Origin: Octopus vulgaris
Lineage: Eukaryota
NCBI GenBank assembly: GCA_951406725.2
Contig: OX597819.1
Span: 104,036,001-104,100,000, forward strand
Direction: 5' to 3'
Length of the DNA stretch: 64,000 bases
The stretch's first letter is position 1, and every line of letters begins with the position of its first letter. The notes beneath the pieces are model-generated. The model was not told where the DNA came from and searched no databases. It saw nothing but the letters and a program-made list of their open reading frames with translations. Positions 56,221 to 64,000 of the stretch are shown piece by piece. The translations under genes were made by a program, and so were the position numbers.

Positions 56221-56430
56221 TGGCGAGCTAGCCGAGTCGTTACCGCGGCGGGAAGAACGCTTAACGACGTCTTCCGACTCTCTGTTCTGAGTTCAAATGC
56301 CGCCGGAGTCAACTTTGTCTTTCATCCTTATGGAGTCAATAAAATAAGTGCCAGTTGGACTCTGGGGTCGATGTAAACGGATTAACTCCTCCCTCGAAAT
56401 TGCTGGCCTTGTGCCAAAATTTCAAATCAA
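56221..56430 (+). mobile_element. SINE family B (old)
   Basis: GGCGAGCTAGCCGAGTCGTTA...GTTCTGAGTTCAAAT...CTGGCCTTGTGCCAAAATTT. Confidence 0.85.
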
Positions 56431-56819
56431 TATATACATATGCACACACAAACGCCTAGTTATGTAAATAGGCGTTTGTGTGTACATATGTAAATATATA
56501 TTCACACATATTTAGATAAATATATATATTCACGTACATTTATTCAACCAAACCTCTGTGTGTATGTGTGTGTATATATATATACATGCAGAGCTACATA
56601 CAGAGACATATGTACACAACAATATATGTTGATCTGTGGGTGTTTATTTATTCACTTAACAATTTGTCTTTATTTCTGCAGTTATATATTTACGCCTTAA
56701 TAAATCGCTTAGAACAAACTTGTACAAATGTGTGTGTGTGTGTGTATGTGTGTGTGTGGGGGGGGGTGTAACCTATGTAGCTTACATATACATTCATAGG
56801 TTGATACATACGCTGCTAC

Positions 56820-56859
<40 letters not shown>

Positions 56860-57613
56860 TTATGTTTACATATGTATGTATATAATTCATAGAGCATATA
56901 CAAATACATATATATTACTATATTAAAAGATATATATGTACAAGTAAGAATACATGTATTTATGCATATCTATCTCTCTATCTATATATCTATCTATCAA
57001 TCTCTCTCTCTCTATCTCTCTATATACATGTACATGTATATGGATACATATGTACATATGATATATATATATATATAAACACATACGCACACAGATTTAA
57101 TATACACACCCTTTCACACACATCTACACACACAGAGACATGCACATACAAACAAATATATATATTGTTATATATACATGTATATATTTGTGTTTGATTG
57201 TGAGTGTGCTTGTGTGTGTGTACGCATACATAAAACTGACACATATACGTATATATGCGTACACACACATGCACACGCATTTCTACACACGCAAAATCAC
57301 ACTCACACACACATATGCACACACGCAGATAGAACTCATATATAGTTTTATTTATATTGTCAATTATGTAAAGCAACGCAGTATGCAAGAAAGTGAAACA
57401 CATCTCAGCGAAATTTATCGCTTGTTCTTACTGTATACATTTTGGAAAATGGTGAATATATTGAAAAGCAGTAAAACAATTCCTAGACAAATGTATTTAC
57501 ATGTGTGTGTATACGTCTGTATGTGTGTGAGAGTGTATATATATATATATATATATACGCTTCTATCCACATTTGCATGTATGTGTATACGTGTGCGTGC
57601 GTGAGAGTGTTTA

Positions 57614-57647
<34 letters not shown>

Positions 57648-57648
57648 C

Positions 57649-57736
<88 letters not shown>

Positions 57737-57777
57737 CATACACACACACAGAGACAAATAGACACATATGTATGCAC

Positions 57778-57850
<73 letters not shown>

Positions 57851-58037
57851 ATGTGATCAAAATAGTAACGAAGAAAGCAGAAGAGAAATATCAAATTTAA
57901 GCAAAGAATAATTGTTTGTGCAACGCCCAGGGAGAGCTTTGAAACTTAGAAGTGATTTTGACGTTTCTTGTTTATGTTCTTCTTCAAAAAGTAAGAGACA
58001 CAAAAGGTAGATGGAGTGTATACAGTATACATATATT

Positions 58038-58077
<40 letters not shown>

Positions 58078-58684
58078 TACACATATATCGACATTGTCTA
58101 CCCTTCTTCCTGATCACCATCATTATCTGTGTTCATGACACTCTTGTTGACATTATTCGTCATTGCGATCGTCGCCATCACCATTGTTGGCTTCACTGTG
58201 GTCACCAGCATTGTCTTTTCTGTGAGACATCACAAATGTCAACAACAAAATTACGAGCAGCAGCAACAATAGCAATAGCAACAGCAACAGCAGTGGCTCT
58301 CCCAACAACCCCTACGAGCAACAATAACATCAACAACACAGAGAATAGCATAAGTTACAAAAAATCGAAAACGCCTATCAAGATACATATATAAAGTAAA
58401 AATTAAAACGCCTGTGAATAATTAGTAGTGTTTAGTTGCAGGCACAGGCGCGTTTAACATCAACCAGTGGTGAAAAGTAGCATAAACTACGAAAAGTATT
58501 ACACATAGATACAGATATATGTGTACGTGTGGATATGTGTGTACATACATACATACATACATACATACATACATACATACATACATACATACATACATAC
58601 ATACTTACTATACATACATGCATATATACACAAACAATGATCAAATTTGAATTCGTTTAGAAATCATTTATTCGTCGTTCAGTA

Positions 58685-58936
58685 CAGTAATCCTCGATTA
58701 TCGTGGGTGTTTTCCACCCACCTACCCACCGCGATATGTGAATATCGGCGAAGTAGAAACAGTACTGCATTGTATATTTTAAAAAATTATTTTTATAATT
58801 TGTGTATATATATTTTATTATAAATGCAAAACAACACCACGGAGGAATCGCCGTAAGCTTAAATAATAAACCGCGATATGTGAACCAGGATAAGTGAACC
58901 GCGATAGGTGAAACACGATATTGCGAGGGATTACTG
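58685..58936. mobile_element. Tigger/pogo-like MITE
   Basis: TA|CAGTAATCCTCG...CGAGGGATTACTG|TA terminal inverted repeats with TA TSD; subterminal CCGCGATA repeats. Confidence 0.88.
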
Positions 58937-58981
58937 TACACCATTATAAATATAAAGAAAATATGTATATGTGTATATATG

Positions 58982-59051
<70 letters not shown>

Positions 59052-59174
59052 CACATACATATATATCTGTATGTGTAAGCATATGTATATATATATATAT
59101 ATATGTGTCTGTGTGTATATGCTTATACACACACACATATATATAATAAATAGTAAACAATATATATATATATA

Positions 59175-59760
59175 TACATGCATATATGGGTACAGGACGT
59201 CAGCAACGGTTCAAATACATGATATACGTAAACAGAGAAAAAATGGAGAACAGGACAAGTTAACACAGATAAAGGACCCTTCGTCAGTTGTCGGCTGTCT
59301 ATCTACTCCTCATTTCGAGCATTCAACGACAATATGAGTATTCAAAGACAGTTGCTCCCATAAATTCTAAAATAAAATTTAGGATTTATGGAGCTTCGAA
59401 GTTGAGAACAAAATAAAATGACAGTGGAGACATATAAGGAAACAGAACGAAAACAAACATGGAGGATCGTTAGACCAGAACGAGAGGAAAATAGTGAACG
59501 CTGTGAGAAACATTTTTTTGGAAAGAGAAATGATAGAAGAGTAAGAAAAAAGTTTATTCTTTTGAACGTCCGTGCAGGAAAAGAAAGATGGTCACGTGAA
59601 GCAAAGAAAGATGTACGATGGTCACGTGTGAGCAGCGAGAGAGAGAAAGAGACTAATAGAAAACGGTGATGGAGGGAGGGGGAGGAAAAAGGAATTAGAG
59701 AAGGATGGAGGAAGTAAAACAGTATAGAGAAGAGTCGCATCAGAAAAGGTGAAGATAAAC
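59175..59760 (-). mobile_element. Putative PLE terminal-repeat fragment (subfamily 1)
   Basis: Diverged reverse complement of 61460-61860; abuts (TA)n. Confidence 0.7.
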
Positions 59761-60719
59761 TTACATGGAAATGGGTACGTGGCGTTCAATTGAATAATAA
59801 ATAGTACATACAATATATAAATATATTGTATGTATGTATGGTCTTACACATACGCATGTGTGTCTCTATGAATGCATACACATACATATATATCTGACTC
59901 CTTATCTCTCTTAACATTCCTTTCACTTCTCCTGTTACCTTTTGTCAACTATTTACTGTCCATCCGTTTTCCTTTCTTTTTCCGCATTCCCACTTTCTTC
60001 GTATCTGTTCTCCAGTCCTCTCTACACCTATCGATTCGTCTATCCCTACTCTTTCTCCTTGTTGTACGTCACTTCTCTCTTTCCCGTTCTCTTCCTTTCT
60101 CTCTACTCTTCATTATCCGTTGTATCTCTCTTCTTTTATTGGTACCACGTGACTATACCGCTTCTTCTGTCATCTATCTTTTTCCAGCTTGACTATTCAT
60201 TAAATTGGTTGGCCGGGTTCTTTTCAGCTCCTCGATATAGCATTTACTTTAGCTCCTGGTTTGTCTTATTTTCTACTTTCTTCTCAAGTCTGAAAGGAGC
60301 CCATTCTTTCCTTTTAGCAATACTTTCTGTCATATCTCAATTCTGTCTCATAGCCGAAAGGCCTTTTATGTATATCTGTATATAACAAATACCTATGTTG
60401 CTTTTCTTCGTTTATGTTTCCGTTTCACATTTGTCTTAATTCTGTGACATAACCATATATATATATAAAACCTAATACCTGTGTCGTTTATTATTTATTC
60501 GTGTTTTTGTTACCGTCTTTGCGTTTTCGTTTTGTTTGTTATGTATTTTAGTGTTGGGATTACAGACCTCGTCCTTTTTAGTACTTGTGTCATTCCGTCC
60601 TTCATGTTCGCTCACTTAGATCCTAGTAGCGTTTTGATGCTGGTGCCACCAAAATGAACAGTATTATCAACAAGGTGTCGAAGTTGTGATGATTTTTGGT
60701 GAAAACGGATGCAGGATGA

Positions 60720-61370
60720 GCGCGTTCACGTCCTTTGTAAAAGGAAAAAAATCACAAATCATCAAAAACCGAAGACAACCACCAAAACTCAAGCGATTCC
60801 TAACAAAGATGGCATTCACATTGGAGAAGGAAATAATACAAGTAACAAAACTATGGAGAACATTGTTGTGAGACATGTAAAATAATTGAACAAGGAACAA
60901 CCAAACGATTGAAGAACGGGAAGGGATTGACACTAAATGGAAACATGAACTGCAAGAAAAAAAATCTCATCTACTTCATCTCATGCTCACAACGCAACGA
61001 ATATTACATTGGAGAAACAGAAACAAAACTACCCAGTCGTGTGAACGTGCATAAACAGAAAATAAAAGATTTATCTCTTAGAAATATTCCATATAGTAAA
61101 CAGCTAGATATTTGTGCAAACGGAAAATTCAAAATATTCACTTCTTAGAAAATAAAAGGCGAAAACCATCAACTGCAAAAGGCAAGAGAAGAATTCTTTA
61201 TAGGAATTCTAAATCCGAAACTAAACCAAAATAGTCAATACAATCACTAAAAACAACTTTCTTTCTACGCATTAGCCAAGAACATGTGTAGGGAACGAAA
61301 GTGTTTACACACAAAATACACATTAGACAAAAATATCTTCCCCAAATTTTGGTCACATTCTGTTTTAAAT
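60720..61370 (+). mobile_element. Penelope-like element 3' end (GIY-YIG) remnant
   Basis: RRQPPKLKRFL...NMNCKKKNLIYFISCSQRNEYYIGET...RVNVH. Ends TTTTGGTCACATTCTGTT, a motif also seen at about 27825. Confidence 0.88.
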
Positions 61371-61401
61371 AGTTAACTTTTTAAAATCTCTCTCTCTCTA
61401 C

Positions 61402-61459
<58 letters not shown>

Positions 61460-61463
<4 letters not shown>

Positions 61464-62155
61464 CCTCTCTTCAATCTTTTCTCTTTTCAAAAAAAAAAAT
61501 GTTTCTCCCAACGTTCACTATTTTCCTCTCGCTTTGTTTTAACGATCCCCCATGTTTGTTTTCATCCGGTTTCCTTGTATGTTTCCACTGTCATATTTTT
61601 GTTTCCAACTTTGACCCTCCATAAATCTTAAATTTTATTTTCAGAATTTATGGGAGCAACTGTCTTTGAAGACTTATATTGTCGTAGAATGCTCGAAATG
61701 AGGAGTAGATAGACAGCCGACAACAGAAGAAGGGTCCTTTCTCTTTGTTAACTTATCCTGTTTTCCATTTTTTTCACGTTATTTAAGTATTTCATTCGTT
61801 TTTCCCTCGTTTGTTTACGTATTTCATGTATTTGCACAGTTGGTGACGTCCTCTACCCATATCCTCCGCAAAAAATCTCAAATTTTATTTAATTTGATTT
61901 CCGCGGGAAGGAAAATTTCATTGAAGTCATGTATCGCCTGAACTTCGTAACGTGGAGTAGATGAAATTAAGGCGACTGAAGAAGGGGAATTTTCCTTGTT
62001 TGTATGTCCTGTACTCTATTTTTTCGTTGTTTAAAAAAACGTCCATTTCCTCGGTTTTGTGTTTATGTTTTCGTTTCTCATTGTGTTCGACGTTTTTTTG
62101 GTGTCCTGTACCCATATATGCATGTATATATACATGTAGAGGTAGGTACGTACAT
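61460..62155 (+). mobile_element. Two tandem putative PLE terminal-repeat fragments (subfamily 1 at 61460-61860, subfamily 2 at 61862-62155)
   Basis: Parallel motif order and a shared end GTCCT(G/C)TACCCATAT. Confidence 0.7.
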
Positions 62156-62189
62156 ATATGTATGTATATATGCATATGTTTTATTTATT

Positions 62190-62266
<77 letters not shown>

Positions 62267-62463
62267 ATATGTATACTTGACTCTCGCCTTTAAAGTAATG
62301 ATGGTGGACATGGGTGGAGATAATCAAAACAATATTAGTAGAAGTAGTTGTGATAATATTGTTATTGATAGTGTTGTTGCCGGCAGTTGTATCACTGTTG
62401 GCACTGATTTTGGTTACACACTAGTATCTGAAGTAGGTAGATAAATTGAGATCAATATCGAGG

Positions 62464-62552
<89 letters not shown>
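62464..62552. repeat. (GATA)n microsatellite
   Basis: Read directly from the sequence. Confidence 0.97.
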
Positions 62553-62553
<1 letters not shown>

Positions 62554-63542
62554 GGGAGTGAGAGAAGGATATAGACAAAGTTGAAGAAGGAAAGAGAGGT
62601 GGTTACAGAGAACGAAAGAGAGAAATAGATGAAGTTGTAAGGTGGTGGTGGTGTTGATGGAAGGGTGAAAAGCAGAGTCAGAATAATAGTAGGTGTTTCT
62701 TATAGTTTGTGGTGGTGATGGTGGTGATAGTGTATTAGTTGCAAGTGTGTTGGTGATGGTTGTAGTAGAGGTGGTGTGCTTGTGGTGTTTGTGACTGTAG
62801 TTGTGATTGTTGTATAAGCCATAGTTATGATGGGTATGAATGATGTAGTAGTAGTGGTGGTGGTTCTTGTGGTTATTGTGGTAGTGGTCATCATTACAGT
62901 ATGGTTATACTGATTATTGTGGTAGTTGTGGCAGTTGTTATAATGATTACTGTTGTTGTGGTTGTTGTTGTTGTTGTGGTGGTGGTTGTGGTGGTAGTAG
63001 GAACCAGCGAAAGAGTGATTAACTAATTAATAGAGCGATGTAGATTTTAAAAAAAAGAAATACAATCCCACTCAAATGAACTTAAAAATCCATAAACAAC
63101 GGCAGCAGCAGTAGCAGCAGCAGCAACAGCAACAACAACAACAAGACCAACAGTAGCAGCAGCAGCTGCAACAACAACAATTACAATAACAACAATGATT
63201 AAGAGAATAAATGTCGATGAAGAAAAAAATGACGTCATTTAAGTGCAAGGAGTTTGTGAAAATTGAGTGTTCCTTCAACAGATATAGAAATGTGATGCGT
63301 ATATTTCTCACTCAGTAGAGCACATACTCACACAATCAATCACGCGCATACACACCCGTACACACACGCACCAGCTCGATCGTTCCATCACATGCTCATT
63401 CACTTATTCAAGCACTCACATATTTATTTATTCACTCACTCGCTTTGTCATTCACTCTTGCACTCACTAATGCAAACATCCACCCAAGCACACGTTCTCT
63501 CAAATATAACCTTAGTCATATCCTCACTTCTTCCTTCTCCAT

Positions 63543-64000
63543 TTCACTCACTCATTCACTCACTCACTCACTCACTCACTCACTCATTCACTCAGATTCA
63601 CTCATTCACCCACTCATTCACTCACACACTCACTCACTCACTCATTCACTCACTCACTCACTCATTCACCCACTCATTCACTCACTCACTCACTCACTCA
63701 TTCACTCACTCATTCACTCAGTCATTCACTCACTCATTCACTCACCCATTCACTCGCTCATTCACTCACTCACTCACTCACTCACTCATTCACTCAGATT
63801 CACTCATTCACCCACTCATTCACTCACTCACTCACTCATTCACTCACTCACTCACTCACTCACTCACCCACTCATTCACTCACTCACTCACTCACTCATT
63901 CACTCACTCATTCACTCACTCACTCACTCATTCACTCAGATTCACTCATTCACCCACTCATTCACTCACTCAGTCACTCACTCATTCACTCACTCACTCA
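63543..64000. repeat. Compound (CACT/CATT)n tetranucleotide array
   Basis: Runs to the window end; the variant block CTCAGATTCACTCATTCACCC recurs at about 63591, 63793 and 63935. Confidence 0.95.

Noticed and set aside
61660-61734. Twister ribozyme or SECIS element
   Set aside because: The twister pseudoknot pairings and the SECIS helix II/apical AA geometry could not be formed.
63543-64000. CRISPR-like or telomeric array
   Set aside because: It is a tetranucleotide CACT/CATT array without unique spacers and is not TTAGGG.

Overview
Animal (eukaryotic) non-coding DNA, very AT-rich and dominated by microsatellites ((TA)n, (CA)n, (CATA)n, (ATT)n, (CTAT)n, (CTT)n). The tRNA-derived SINE families look like those I recognise from octopus genomes, which is an inference. 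Almost all ORFs in the track are microsatellite artefacts. No complete host gene is supported; there are only two weak minus-strand exon candidates (1-170 and about 24310-24453). The window is mostly decayed mobile DNA: at least four SINE types, LINE remnants (Dong/R4, a second R4-like family, CR1, RTE, Tx1), many Penelope-like element (PLE) fragments, two mariner pieces, a Tigger/pogo-like MITE, a Helitron and a Helentron-like element. The most interesting signals are four. (i) Minimal hammerhead-ribozyme-like motifs in putative PLE termini, two of which share a non-canonical CUGUNGA core. (ii) A structured-RNA motif with compensatory stem changes shared by two divergent putative PLE terminal-repeat subfamilies. 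(iii) An R4-like LINE whose two copies both sit in (CATA)n arrays. (iv) Repeated fold-back palindromes, several centred on microsatellites. All structures were read by eye and none was computed.
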